DNA of 64,000 bases from Tubulanus polymorphus (Eukaryota; Animalia; Nemertea): the NCBI RefSeq assembly GCF_964204645.1, contig NC_134035.1:5270001-5334000 (forward strand), in the 5' to 3' direction. The stretch's first letter is position 1. Each line of letters begins with the position of its first letter. Shown here in pieces: positions 24,501 through 35,072 of this stretch. Below the pieces are notes generated by a model. The model was not told the origin of the DNA and did not search any database. It saw only the letters and a program-made list of their open reading frames with translations. Both the position numbers and the translations under genes were made by a program.

Positions 24501-27500
24501 CTCGCCTGACTGATAAGAAAGCAATTAGATTTATCAGAAAATCACCGCATGAGAACAGCAAAATGGGATGACACATCGCATGAATTCATCAGCCACCCGC
24601 TCGGTATTCTACATACTCTATCATCCACCCTCCCCCCCCCCCCCCCCCGACGCGCTCAATCATAGTAAACAGTTCAGTAGACCCTCATGTTGTACAATCA
24701 TCAATCTTTAGTTCGTAATAATTTGTAAACTTCTCGATTGAAAATATGATCAGAGAATGATAACATTTCCACATGCCAGGTCTCGGACAAATAGACGACC
24801 AGCACCAGGCTATTAAATAGCAGTTAGTGTCACGAGTGTACCCAGTGTACTATAGTAGGGCGTGTTTCATGATACCAGCAGGTTCAAAGTCCTGCGAAGG
24901 AGGAACGTAGCCGAGTCACAATGTCATCAGGTTCGAATCCCTGTGAGGGAAGAACATGGCAGAGTCTCACAATGCCATCAGGTTCGAATCCCTGTGAACG
25001 AGTTTGGTGATGCAGTTGGCTTCAAATCCCTGCGAGGGACGAATGTGACAGAGTTGCATGATGTCATTAGGTTCAAATCCCTGTGAGGGAGGAATGTGGC
25101 AGTCTCATGATGTCATTATGTTCGAACCCCTGCGAGGAATGAATGTGGCAGTCTTACAACGCCATCAGGTTCGAATCCCTGTGAAGGAGGAATGTGGCAG
25201 TCTTACAACGCCATCAGGTTCGAATCCCTGTGAGGGAAGAATGTGGCAGAGTCTCATGATGTCATTATGTTCGAACCCCTGCGAGGAAGGAATGTGGCAG
25301 TCTTACAACGCCATCAGGTTCGAATCCCTGTGAAGGAGGAATGTGGCAGTCTTACAACGCCATCAGGTTCGAATCCCTGTGAGGGAGGAATGTGGCAGAG
25401 TCTCTTGTTAATATCAAACTTCAATCCCTGCGAGGGAGGAACGAGGTCGAGCCTCAGGTTCTGGGAGGCGGAGGATGGGTCTTCTGTACTATACGCACAG
25501 GTCAGTTTAATCCAACAACTTACCGCAACGTTCTTCATCTGTACCGCCGGGGCAGTCTATATCTCCGTCGCAGACCCAATGTTTCGGAAAACACGTACAA
25601 TCGCGTGACGTTTTCGACTGACAACGGAACAAGTGACCGGGACAGATACACGAGTGTTGACGAGCAGCTGTAGCGAACACTGTAAATATATATCACAAAC
25701 AACAATTAACATTCAGTGATCATGTGAAGGTAAAAGACATTAAAGTGAATAAGTGGAGGTGGTGGCATCCTCCCTTGGCTGGGGTTCGAACCTGATGGCA
25801 TCGCTACACTCAGCTATATACGGCACGAACCCCTGCCACACAAGACCCGATGCGCAGCTTTGCCGCACGAAAAATTGCGGCACCAATCAGATTGCTTGTT
25901 GTATAATCCCTGAGTTCAATTTCATGGAAGAACTATACATGGGAAAAATAAAATAAAACCGGATATCTGATTGGCTAATAACGATATCTTCTAAGCTGCG
26001 CACTCTGTCTAGTGTAGCAGGGTTTCGTACCATGGCAATTTCGACGCCATCAGGTTCGAATCCCTGCCGCAGGAGGGTGAGGTTATGGAGAAGTGATGTC
26101 AGAATGTGGTCAAACCATTCCTCTGATCAGTGAGGTTAAAAACCTAGCATATGACAGGGAGGCCGATTTATCCCCCTTTGCCCTCATTTCCACAACAACG
26201 CGTGGTCTATATAGCGCATCCCAATTCTCTGATTTGTTCTAGATTTTTCTTATTTCCTAAGTTTCGCAGGGTCAGCAACCACAGCATCCACCCTGTAAAA
26301 CTTTGCGGCTCCAACCTCCCCAACAAATAGCGTACTACCTGTACACGCCTATAGTTGCACATGTAGGATAGATGACACCAAGTGCTGATTAGCAGTTTAA
26401 ATACCACCTCCTCTCCCCCGCTAAGTGATCTGTTAGATGACTTCTGAAATTATTCGCATTAAATCAACTAATTCTGATTTAGCAATTTCATGAAAAGTAT
26501 TTTCGATATGAAATGAAAGTGTTGCGGCAGAGCATTGAACGATATACAACATTCACATGTATTTCTACCACAGACGCTGGAGCAACGGTGACGGAGCAAT
26601 GGGCACGGAGCACCGGTTTATCAATTGAATGCTCATTTATTTTATCGGTTTCGCTGCAGGTTATCCGTGCTCCCCCCGCGGTGCTGACGACGGAATATCA
26701 GTTATTGCATTTTCAATAAAACCGTTATTGATCGGTGTTCGCGGTCGATCGATACACGAATACCTGAACGTCATCAGCGATCAATCAATCGCTACTGCTG
26801 CTGCTGCCGCGAAATTAAACTTTCATAAAAATAAACCTCCTTCGCGAATAGCAGCAGCAGCAGCAGCAGCAGCGAAGGGCAGGGCAGCTGTAACCCGCGC
26901 ACCGCGCGTGTCGCCATCTCGTTACCGTGACGACGCTAATTGCAAACGTAAACAATAATCGAGCGACGGAAAAACAACAAACAACGAGAAAAAAAAACAT
27001 GAAACATGAATTCAATTGAAGGGAGGGACGATGAATGCGTGTCATTCAATAGACCTTCACTCTTCAAATCGCTAAGACCCAACAGAGCAAAGAATCTTAG
27101 TTATAAAACCAATCTAACAAGTTCAGATCAATGATATGAATTAACAGCTGCGCGTTGGAAGCAATTTTTGATCGCCGCGGCCAATTGCCGATTTTTGACA
27201 GGTTCTCATATTGCCTCGGCGAAATTTACTTCAATCTCGTCGAAAACATTGTTTAGAAAAAAAAACCATCATTCAGTAAAAATTATTGCTGTGGCTTTCG
27301 GTTCCAATGCTACTGATTGAGACCATTTCAACCATGACTGCGCAACCATACGCTAAAAACATGTTCTGCACAAATGTGGCTACGCTGCCAGAAGCTCTGA
27401 CTCTCGTTGGTTGGATAACGGTTCCAAGCGACGGATCATTGCGTCTTAACGGAGTCGTCCCTGGATGGTTCACCACTACTCAAACGATGACGAAACCCTG

Positions 27501-30500
27501 AGGCATAAACTCACACAGTTAACAGTTAATACAGCCGCGAACGATCGCTAGGATTACTCGTCAACTATTCGTAAGAAGTCGGTTTATCGACGGGTTCGAT
27601 GGGGTTTATTTGTAATAACGCGGCGATAATCAGACTGCCGACGCCGAGACGGTGACATCGCCGAGCCCGCGGGGCGTCGACGGGGGGGAACCCGATTGAT
27701 TCCCGTGACTCAGTACCAATGCATTCCAATCAACAGCAGTCAGTCGACTACGAGAGTCGCCGTCTTAAGGACTCTCACGATGACTCACTGCGTGGCTAAA
27801 TCTTCAGATACCTGTCGGATTATTGTTCGCGTGCGGTGAAACCGATGAAGAAAAAATGTCCCGATATTTCGTTACACTCAAAGACGACTGATAATAATCA
27901 ACATCATCAGCAGCCGCAGTCGGTCGTCGCACGATCAAATGACTCATCATTTTTTACGCGGGACTTCTCTGATTATATAAGTCATTTACCACAAGAATTA
28001 AGGATCCGGTGATCTGTAACTATGCGCCGTCTGAAAGCGCAACAATTTTCTATGAACAATAAATGACGGGATGAAGAGATGAATGAGTCAGAGATTTCCT
28101 CGCAATCTGATATCGCATAAAAAGTTAACTGTTGCTGCGGAATGGGGGAAAAAACGTGTCCGCAAAGAGAGCGAGGGAGAATCTTAACCCTAAGTCTAGG
28201 CCAGAGTGGGATTCGAACTTGGTCCTCTCGCTTGCCAGTCATGCGTGTGACCCACTAGAGCACTAAGTTCTGGCGACCTATATTGGGTATGCCAAGTTTG
28301 TCTAGTCAGTGAGGACAAGTCTAATGTGCTGTGATGACAACTCAGATGTGTTGACTGATGACCAGTAAGGTGGGGTGACTGGTGACTAGTCAGATGCGGT
28401 GCGGTGACTTGTCAGATGCCGTGGTGAGGTGTGGTGACTGGTGACTCTATTCACTAAGAAGAGCGTTAACATTCTCCGAGCTAATTACAACAGTTTCTTA
28501 GAAGTAATATTTGAAGAAGGAAATGAAATGAGACAGGGACAACCGGGCTGGGAGAGGGGAGGAACTGAAAGAAGGTTGAGAGGAGTGGAAGGAGACCGGA
28601 TTTGCGGAGAAAGACGAGGGAACTTAGAAACAAAAAGAGGAATCTCATGGCAGTTTCTCAAGTTTCGAGGCGCGTATCTTGTTACACACGAAGAGGATTC
28701 CGCAGCATTCATCGGGAATGAGTCATATTAAAGACATGTCTCAGCTTATAAAACACAGGTAACAAGATCATCGAGCAAATGTTGTTTCAACAGGCAACGC
28801 TAAAATATCAACAAGGCTTTGACTAGAAAAATAAATGATGCAGCATCATCATCGCCAGACCGCGATTATACGCTAGATCAAAATCATTATACTGAAGAAA
28901 GACGAACGAATATTGGCTTTGTCAATTTCATATGTAAAACTCTACATCACGATAATTGGCTTCGTATATGCGGCAGGAAGTAAGAACCTGTTGTTGTTAG
29001 GATTGGCTGAAGGAAACTAACGATTGCAAATGTCAAAACAAAATCGCTCCATTAAAACGTTAATGAATTACCAAGAAAAACAAAACATACACAAAATCAT
29101 TACTTATAAACTGTGTTGTTATTGGGTGCAGAATCAGTTGGCCAGGCCCATCCCTCGCTGAATCCGAACTCCCTCTCAGACCCATACACCTACCCCTCTA
29201 TCAGCACCATCCACCCAACTCCCTCTCAGACCAATACACCTACCCCTCTATCAGCACCATCCACCCAACTCCCTCTCAGACCCATACACCTACCCCTCTA
29301 TCAGCACCATCCACCCAACTCCCTCTCAGACCCATACACCTACCCCTCTATCAGCACCATCCACCCAACTCCCTCTCAGACCCATACACCTAACCCCCTC
29401 TCAGACCCATACACCAAACTCTCTCTAATGCCGAATCCCCCTCTCAGGCCCATCAACCCGGCAACCCCCCATCCTCTCAGCTAATCTCAGTTGATAACTG
29501 AATAAACCATGGCCCCCCATGTTTCTTAACATTTATTGTAAAATGATTCTTCTGACCACCTTTCTCTCCTACTTACTTGCCAGCAGCCCGCACACAAATG
29601 TTTAAACCCTACCTCATAGCGGGGAGTCCATTATACTAAAAGCATTTTACAGCATCACACTGTAAATATACAGTGCATGTACCCAGTAGTATTTTTCATT
29701 GATGTAACCATACACGCTATGTTTGAGACCAAACCATTGAACATCCCTTCCTCTCACTCACAAAATATCAAACATCAACCAATAATAATATGTTCAATCA
29801 AACTGCGCTGACCGTAAGGGCTTCAGTTACTCAGAACATGATAAAATGACACTGTGACAATTGCATTTTTACATTTCATCGATTTCAACAATTTTTCTTA
29901 GTCTGATGAGCGAGTAAGGAGATATCCGTAGATGTACATGTATACGACTCTGAGTTGATTCTATCATCAATGATAAACGTTTAGAAAATTAAGGCGTGTA
30001 ACTTCATCAAAGAAGCGTCGATGTTGTAATATATGACGTGTATCTCTCGTAATACGAGAAATAATCAATTTGTTTGAAAGCTACCAATTAAAACTAAATA
30101 TCATTACCTTAATACACCGTATAATACCCGGAGGAAAGCGCGTTGACATTCGAAAACGACAAAATAAACTCCCTGAAGCAGGTAGTTAAACGTATATAAC
30201 CTCTATTTTTCAAACGAGTCGGGATCAAGGCGATGAAAATCGAACTGGTGGCATCACGAACAGTTTGAGACGACTCCACCACGTTCCTGACCTACAGGCA
30301 TTTGAATCTGATATTATCGCGAGACTCGGCCCATATTCCCATACGGAGATATTGGAACCCTGCTCTCTATCTTCAGATTGAAGATTATTACAATTCGATC
30401 ACAATTCAACCTTTATTCAGTTAAAACGCGTAAAACGCTTGTGTCCGACGTAAGATTTATACCAAAGGTTAAATAAAACAGAGAAAGAATAAAACGTTTG

Positions 30501-33500
30501 AAGATAGAATTCAGAATGGATGTCTAGGATTTCGACAAGTTCTCAGAAGATCAGATTTCTGAATAGTGATTTTGTAATTACAGACAGTAGTAATTATAAC
30601 GGCCTGATCGATGCGATGGGCAATGTAACACAAGAGCTCAGCAATCATTAGACAATCACTGAAATATACAGCCGGACTGACGGAGACCGGTACTGGTCGC
30701 AGCGCAGTGGAATCCATTCCAACAGGAAATTACGTGAGTGAAACAGTGGACAGGGACGACAGGATATTGAACATAAACATCAGTAATTACGACGACATCG
30801 TACAGCGAACATGTCCCCCCATAAACCCGCGATCCACCGTATTAACCCTTTTCAACGAACAAATGCGGTAAACCGGCGAGAGTCTGTAATTGTTTAAATA
30901 ACCGCTTTAACAAATATACGAGGCAATCATAAACCTCGCATTCGGTAAACATCGTTAAACCATAAACCCGAAGGGAAACAACATGGCACCAAAATATACA
31001 CATAGACAAAGTTAGTCGAAGATGAAAGACGGAAAAGATCAAAGAATTGAATTATCTGTCTACGCTGCCGAATCGTTGTACAGTTTCTTCTATACGGGCC
31101 TAAAAATTGTGAGGAGATTCTGGGGACTGGTTTGATATGATAGAACCCGCATCAGGTGTATGTGTGTGTGTATTAACACTACTCTCCTGCTGTAACCACA
31201 AGATATCGAAAAACGACAACTACGAAAAAATGATATCCTCCACACCGAACAGAACACGCAATATTGTCGAGAGAGAGAGAGAGATCGATGCACTTAGAGC
31301 TGGTAATTGAGCGAGTATATTGATTACGGACGGACGGATGGAGAGACAGAGAGGGAGGGTTACCGATGATTCTTCTCCGGTATCAGAACTACCGCTGCAT
31401 CTTTTTCATCGTGATTGAAAAGAGAGAGAGAGAGACAAGATGAAATACACGGCGTCCGCCGAGACCGGGAACGATATCCTATCCTTCACGCGTTGGTGAC
31501 AGTTGTTTTTCTTGAGAAACCGATGATGATAAAAATGTTCGCCGTGGCGCCGCGATAAAAACACGTATCGCGAATTGTGTGTTCATCGATTTAACACAAG
31601 GGTACTCCTCACTGTCATCTCGCTCTGCAACTAAACTGTTAGCCCTAATTCGAAATGATTTCCATAACATTCCATTAATGAATTTGGAAAGAAAATGTTC
31701 TCCAACTAATCAGTAATCATTAGAAGTATATGATACCCCAGAAATACTGCACTGAGCCTTGTACGTTTTTTTTTCATAACGGTATTCCAGATTAGGTTTT
31801 CCATTTTGTTTTGATTTATTGGCTATTAATTGATGAAATTCATTTTCAAATTTTCAAACCTTTTAACTGATGAAATTTTGGCGCAGTCCTATAGAGCGAA
31901 TAGGGTTGTCCAGGTAGAAATGATAAACAAATAAAGCTGAGCGAACTAATCAATTTTTCCGCAGACAGACAGCACTGCCTGTCTCCTCTTAATATCTGAT
32001 TGACGCCAACAGAATGGTTTTCTATTCGCGAATGATGGCGGACTGGGAATATAAAATCGTGTTCAACCGCATAGGAAAAAAATAATATGGAGACGAGAAC
32101 GCTGAGAGACGAGCACAAGCACGCGGTGAATCTGACAATATTGCAGGAAATGAAGCGTTCAGATGAAACACGTCACCCGCAGACATCAAAACCGATACAA
32201 ACAGTCAATATCAGTTGATAATCAATCGAAAAACTGACCATCCATTGCATATATACACAGCAGTCGGGAGAAAGTGACAGAATCATTCATTAACGTGTAA
32301 AAGGCATTGTGCAGTGCGTTATATCGGTAGCCTAAACGCAGCGGCACGAGAAAGACAGAATATAACAGAATATTCATTAACATGTTTTCGTGTTTTGCGA
32401 TGCTAATGCAGCCGAGTTATAGGCCTACACTTATAACTGTAGATCTAAACCGGCGACTTCATAGGATTCAACTATCTACAATATAGCTGTCTCATTCTCT
32501 ACTCAGGGCCCTGAATTCAACCCCTATGGTGATAACATCTTTTTGATGGACGTTTTAGGCTATTGTAGCCGTTGTTGTTGCTGCGGGATGAAATCGGTCT
32601 ATTCTTCCGCCTGAGTGGTCCTCGAGTGGAACACAACCGGCCCCGATGAAAAGCTCGCGTCCGAATGAAAAGATTACGCCTGGTTTTCTTAGCCCGGGAA
32701 AGAGGCGTAGTCGTCGAGATGATTAAAAAGATTTGAAGAGTCCTTACAGCTAATATAAACGACCTATAAAGCAGCTGGCTTCAGACTTGAGCACGATTCT
32801 ATATCAAACAGATGCTAAACATGATTGTAATCGTGTCCCAGTTCCGCAGTTTGGGTTGAATTTCTCACCCTTTGAAAATTGAAACCGGGGCCCTAGCTTC
32901 ACTGATTAGTAGACTGAGCTTACTAAATGACAATTATTCGAGCCATCTAAAATGCCACAGTACATCAGGTCACGATATTGGCCTGCAATGTCCATTTAAT
33001 TCATGTGGAAATAATTTCGAGAAAAAGTCATCGTTTCCAGTCACATGGTTTCTGAAACATGGTTTCAAATCACCGTAAATCGAGGATTATTGACCAATAT
33101 AATGATACTGATTCATCCGTGGATGACATGGATATGGTGTTAACATTGATAAGGAATTAGGCCTATCGACTATTAACGATAATGAATCTGCCATGGAGGA
33201 AGTTGACACTAATGAATTATTCTGCGATGAAGTAAATGATGACCAAGTGATATTGATGTTATGATGACCAAGTGATATTGATGCTGTAAACGAAATTTTT
33301 CAAGTTTCTCTGATTAAAATGAGCCTACTAAAAAGCAAAATTACTCGATATCACAAACCATCCCCAGAAAATTCTGACCACGCTTCTCGGGTAACGTAAC
33401 TTATTGTCTCTGAATACAAAATTTTCATTTTGTTTAGCAACAAATGCGTAGAAAACTTTCAATATGGAAAAAAGGAACGCAAGGCTTAGAAATGAGTGAA

Positions 33501-35072
33501 AAACAGCCAGATCGTAGCGCTAACGCAGCTGAGCTTTCACCTACAACAAATATGAATGCCAATGTTTACTAATGAATTTTCAGCTATATACACTAGTAAG
33601 CCAAGTGTTTACATTTAGACAATAGTAGCATTAAATAGTTCGACAATAAAATCTTCACTTGTTGACCCGATACAAGTCAATCGAATTATCTACTTCACAC
33701 AGGGTCATAAAAATCCCTGGATGAATAACACGCTAGGACCTCTCATTATAACGAACATCAGGGGACCAGAAAATCTGTTAGTTAAATGAAATACCGCAAT
33801 CAAATGGGCCTACCAGGTATGTAATAAGCCCAAGACTCTTGTAGACCTATCTTAAGTAATAAATTTGGTCTAAGCTCGAAAAAGGTGTCCTATGTTTAAA
33901 ACAGTTCAGATGCGCTCCTCTAGTAAGTGTTGTCTGATTAGAACGGTCTTTAGATGAGTCTTAAACTGTTAGAAAATCAATTGAAATTGCTGAAACAATA
34001 TTCAGGTACGTTAAATGTACGTCTAAAATATAACGTCACATTTTGAAATTGTATATTGAAATATGAAGTGGTAGATTAGCATATGTAAACCATATATGAG
34101 ATAGCAGTGAAGGGTTGGAGCCATCAGGTCTACAATCTAATAGTTTAAATATCTCCTCATATCCCGGCCAATAAGCCTATACTATACTAACTATATGCAA
34201 TATTTATGACCATATAACCATTAACTATATACAGCTTATCTAAATTATCATTTAGTGATGAAAATATCTGCCAGGCGCCGTGCACAGGGTGGCCGGGTCC
34301 ATCAACAACTCATCTATAGTCAAATAGGCCTATATATTCCTTCTCTCTTCTGTCTAATAGCTTCCCCAATTCGTTGCGAGACCACTCTAATTGCAGGACT
34401 AGAAGGAGGCGTGATGAGAGCTTGGAGTAATCTGACTCCCAAGAACAAGAACCAGTACCTGTCTACTTACATTAGGGACTACATTTTGTAACTGCGTTTT
34501 TTATTGTGATTTCCTGTAAATTCTGTAGGCTATTTTATCCTTTTTTCATCTTAATTGTTACAAAACCTGACTTGTATTTTATATTAAGGACAATAAAGAT
34601 ATTACGGTATATATTACTCAGCCAGGTATACTACTATTCATTTAAATACTCCAGCACACTCGCATTCGCGATTATTTTTTGGAGCGTGCGAGTCTGTGTT
34701 AGAGGAGAAAGAAAAAGAGTGTGCATGGAAAATCCGATTAATAATAATAATAAAAGAGATAACGTACATTTTAAAAACACTTAATAGGATTACTAGTACT
34801 GGCTTCGACCTAAGCCCTACCCAGGGCCCTTAACCAGCCCTAAAAAAACCTGCTCGGCCTACCTCATCATTAATACATACACATTATCTTTACCTGAATC
34901 AATTCATACACGACCCGGCTGCAACTTTAAAACAAGTAGCAAGATAAATAAAATCTAAATTTAAATTGACAGTTGAATCGCTCGAGAGAGGGAAAAAATC
35001 GTTTTTCTTACCAGTAAAAACAGCAGCAGTGATAACAAATGAACAAACTCCGAACTTCCAATAACTTATCAT
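183..35072 (-). CDS. LRP4: LDL receptor-related protein 4 (LRP4/MEGF7) orthologue; 25 coding exons in window, 3' end beyond left edge
   Basis: Exons join in frame to 1810 aa. Domain order is SP-8xLDLa-2xEGF-4x(YWTD propeller+EGF)-TM-NPxY. LRP4-like hallmarks: extra-Cys first LDLa ([10 protein letters not shown]...[14 protein letters not shown]), juxtamembrane [12 protein letters not shown] and cytoplasmic LTFSNPTY. Confidence 0.93.
631..766. mobile_element. Short MITE (Harbinger/Tourist-like family; relatives at 9486-9595, 10143-10266, 13029-13176)
   Basis: Inverted ends GGTCAG(TG)TTGCTCAAAAGTTGGTTA / TAACCAACTTTTGAGCAACTGACC. Superfamily is inferred. Confidence 0.6.
962..2428. mobile_element. 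Non-autonomous Kolobok-like DNA transposon
   Basis: TTAA-GGGGGTTATGAAGAC ... GTCTTCATAACCCCTT-TTAA: ~14-bp TIR, TTAA flanks, purine termini, no transposase ORF. Confidence 0.7.
2559..2697 (-). CDS. LRP4: LRP4 exon 24, juxtamembrane spacer
   Basis: [45 protein letters not shown]; CAG acceptor and AG|GTAAGT donor. Its phase (1-2) is exactly what is needed to bridge exons 23 and 25. Confidence 0.8.
3046..3325. mobile_element. piggyBac-like MITE
   Basis: TTAA-CCCTTTCAGTGC ... GCGCTGAAAGGG-TTAA, with internal ACACCGCAGTGCGGTGT palindromes. Confidence 0.82.
3370..3777 (-). CDS. LRP4: LRP4 exon 23, propeller 4 end plus EGF
   Basis: WPNGLTID...YWTDW...[19 protein letters not shown]. Confidence 0.95.
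4356..4622 (-). CDS. LRP4: LRP4 exon 22, propeller 4
   Basis: [24 protein letters not shown]. Confidence 0.95.
4720..4982. mobile_element. Copy of the dispersed CAGGGTGGCCAC / TTCCCTGA-rich non-autonomous element
   Basis: Colinear with the copies at 6380-6654 and 10713-10992. Confidence 0.7.
5034..5619 (-). CDS. LRP4: LRP4 exon 21, propeller 3 end, EGF, propeller 4 start
   Basis: Overlaps ORF 4996-5610; [34 protein letters not shown]. Confidence 0.95.
5903..6324 (-). CDS. LRP4: LRP4 exon 20, propeller 3
   Basis: KVYWAD...YWTD...LDSPRAIAL...[10 protein letters not shown]. Confidence 0.95.
6380..6654. mobile_element. Dispersed non-autonomous element, hAT-like CAGGG termini
   Basis: CAGGGTCGGCCAC...GTGGTCACCCGTG; homologous internal sequence; no clear target-site duplication. 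Confidence 0.7.
6738..6875 (-). CDS. LRP4: LRP4 exon 19, propeller 3
   Basis: [29 protein letters not shown]. Confidence 0.94.
6954..7085 (-). CDS. LRP4: LRP4 exon 18, EGF
   Basis: [31 protein letters not shown]. Confidence 0.94.
7352..7743 (-). CDS. LRP4: LRP4 exon 17, propeller 2
   Basis: [20 protein letters not shown]...LPHPFGLTL; AAG acceptor. Confidence 0.94.
7813..7967. repeat. Fold-back (imperfect ~155-bp palindrome)
   Basis: AATGAGCAAAACTCAC..GTTGATGAT..TTCTGAC mirrored by GTCAGAA..ATCATCAAC..GTGGGTTTTGCTCATT. Confidence 0.75.
8289..8476 (-). CDS. LRP4: LRP4 exon 16, propeller 2
   Basis: [21 protein letters not shown]...[13 protein letters not shown]. Confidence 0.95.
9020..9228 (-). 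CDS. LRP4: LRP4 exon 15, propeller 2
   Basis: [17 protein letters not shown]...AVALDWD...YWSDV. Confidence 0.94.
9486..9595. mobile_element. Short MITE, GGATCCAGTTCCACAGTT...AACTGTGGAACTGAACCC
   Basis: Terminal inverted repeats; related tandem pair at 13029-13176. Confidence 0.65.
9628..9927 (-). CDS. LRP4: LRP4 exon 14, propeller 1 end plus EGF
   Basis: [19 protein letters not shown]...HPQRQP...[11 protein letters not shown]. Confidence 0.94.
10376..10593 (-). CDS. LRP4: LRP4 exon 13, propeller 1
   Basis: [20 protein letters not shown]...WPNGLTLD. Confidence 0.95.
10713..10992. mobile_element. Dispersed non-autonomous element, hAT-like termini
   Basis: CAGGGTGGCCAC...GTGGCTGCCCTG; related fragments at 1-170, ~870-930 and 15831-16085. 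Confidence 0.72.
11112..11499 (-). CDS. LRP4: LRP4 exon 12, propeller 1
   Basis: Within ORF 11099-11521; LIFANR, YWSD and FWTD repeats; canonical splice sites. Confidence 0.95.
12149..12274 (-). CDS. LRP4: LRP4 exon 11, Ca-binding EGF
   Basis: [42 protein letters not shown]. Confidence 0.93.
   Translation of the reverse strand: MLMNVKSMVRVVSLALILPVRISVRVFEDINFVTIAEAVKH
12379..12504 (-). CDS. LRP4: LRP4 exon 10, EGF-like
   Basis: [41 protein letters not shown]. Confidence 0.92.
12626..12672 (-). ncRNA. Decayed minimal type-I hammerhead ribozyme motif (Penelope-like element remnant)
   Basis: Minus strand reads AUUCAC-CUGAUGA-A(stem II, mismatched)-GAAA-GC-UC-GUGCAU. Intact core, stem I pairing and palindromic AGCU stem III. 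Confidence 0.5.
12845..12982 (-). CDS. LRP4: LRP4 exon 9, LDLa8
   Basis: [45 protein letters not shown]. Confidence 0.9.
13424..13540 (-). CDS. LRP4: LRP4 exon 8, LDLa7
   Basis: [38 protein letters not shown]. Confidence 0.92.
13852..13971 (-). CDS. LRP4: LRP4 exon 7, LDLa6
   Basis: [39 protein letters not shown]. Confidence 0.92.
14015..14220 (+). mobile_element. tRNA-derived SINE-like fragment
   Basis: B-box GGTTCGATTCC near 14082 after a degenerate A-box; no full cloverleaf. Confidence 0.4.
14294..14419 (-). CDS. LRP4: LRP4 exon 6, LDLa5
   Basis: [41 protein letters not shown]; phase 1-1. Confidence 0.9.
14915..15034 (-). CDS. LRP4: LRP4 exon 5, LDLa4
   Basis: [39 protein letters not shown]; AAG acceptor, GTTAGT donor. 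Confidence 0.9.
16614..16843. repeat. Fold-back of two inverted arms, each ending in a hammerhead-like motif
   Basis: GAGAATCCC/GGGATTCTC, ACGAGAAAA/TTTTCTCGT and CGAAAATGTTTCCT/AGGAAACATTTTCG mirror pairs. Confidence 0.75.
16912..17723. mobile_element. piggyBac-like non-autonomous element with nested repeat fragments
   Basis: Perfect 14-bp TIR CCCATTAGCACTCA / TGAGTGCTAATGGG flanked by TTAA on both sides. Confidence 0.85.
17784..17897 (-). CDS. LRP4: LRP4 exon 4, LDLa3
   Basis: [37 protein letters not shown]; AAG acceptor, GTAAGT donor. Confidence 0.92.
18352..18468 (-). CDS. LRP4: LRP4 exon 3, LDLa2
   Basis: [38 protein letters not shown]; AG/GT ends, phase 1-1. Confidence 0.93.
20440..20850. 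repeat. Degenerate ~110-bp tandem repeat, about 4 copies
   Basis: TTCAGAACTTCACC..ATTAGAYATTT..AAACTGATCGTCCACACTTCACATATG recurs near 20449, 20558, 20668 and 20777. Confidence 0.8.
24259..24347. repeat. Perfect 43-bp tandem duplication
   Basis: ACGCATCTAGGAAGTACTGAATCAATTGTACCGGGATGTATGG twice. Confidence 0.9.
24876..25450. repeat. ~49-51-bp minisatellite (~12 units) carrying Pol III B-box-like motifs
   Basis: Unit CATCAGGTTCGAATCCCTGTGAGGGAGGAATGTGGCAGTCTTACAACGC; a 149-bp trimer is duplicated. Confidence 0.9.
25524..25667 (-). CDS. LRP4: LRP4 exon 2, LDLa1
   Basis: [47 protein letters not shown]; CAG acceptor, GTAAGT donor, phase 1-1. Not in the ORF track. Confidence 0.92.
25766..26079. 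mobile_element. Long-TIR fold-back element (relative at ~21670-22005)
   Basis: ~95-bp inverted arms GGTTCGAACCTGATGGC..TGCGCAGCTT / AAGCTGCGCA..GCCATCAGGTTCGAATCC. Confidence 0.7.
28195..28275 (-). mobile_element. tRNA-derived SINE head
   Basis: Minus strand TAGTGCTCTAGTGG (A-box-like) ... AGTTCGAATCC (B-box) at tRNA-like spacing. Confidence 0.45.
29167..29415. repeat. 50-bp C-rich minisatellite (~4.6 near-identical copies)
   Basis: AACTCCCTCTCAGACCCATACACCTACCCCTCTATCAGCACCATCCACCC at 29167, 29217, 29267 and 29317; partial at 29367. Confidence 0.95.
35012..35072 (-). CDS. LRP4: LRP4 exon 1 (signal peptide [20 protein letters not shown])
   Basis: ATG at 35072 with an upstream in-frame stop; hydrophobic peptide; G|GTAAGA phase-1 donor that fits exon 2; CpG-rich upstream region. 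Confidence 0.65.

Noticed and set aside
24862-25608. ORFs with repeated SNPCEGG peptides (EGF-like appearance)
   Set aside because: Translations of the B-box minisatellite and of the antisense strand of exon 2.
13200-28275. tRNA genes at GTTCGA motifs (about 13250, 14082, 17607, 28210)
   Set aside because: No complete cloverleaf; better explained as SINE or other TE fragments.
29167-29415. Relationship of the 50-bp minisatellite to the 101-bp satellite (shared TACACC-TACCC, TCAGCA)
   Set aside because: Matches are short and low-complexity, with no extended alignment.
183-35072. LRP5/6, LRP1/2, LDLR or vitellogenin receptor identity
   Set aside because: Eight N-terminal LDLa repeats followed by four consecutive propellers and NPxY fits LRP4. 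LRP5/6 place three LDLa after the propellers, and the others have different cluster layouts.
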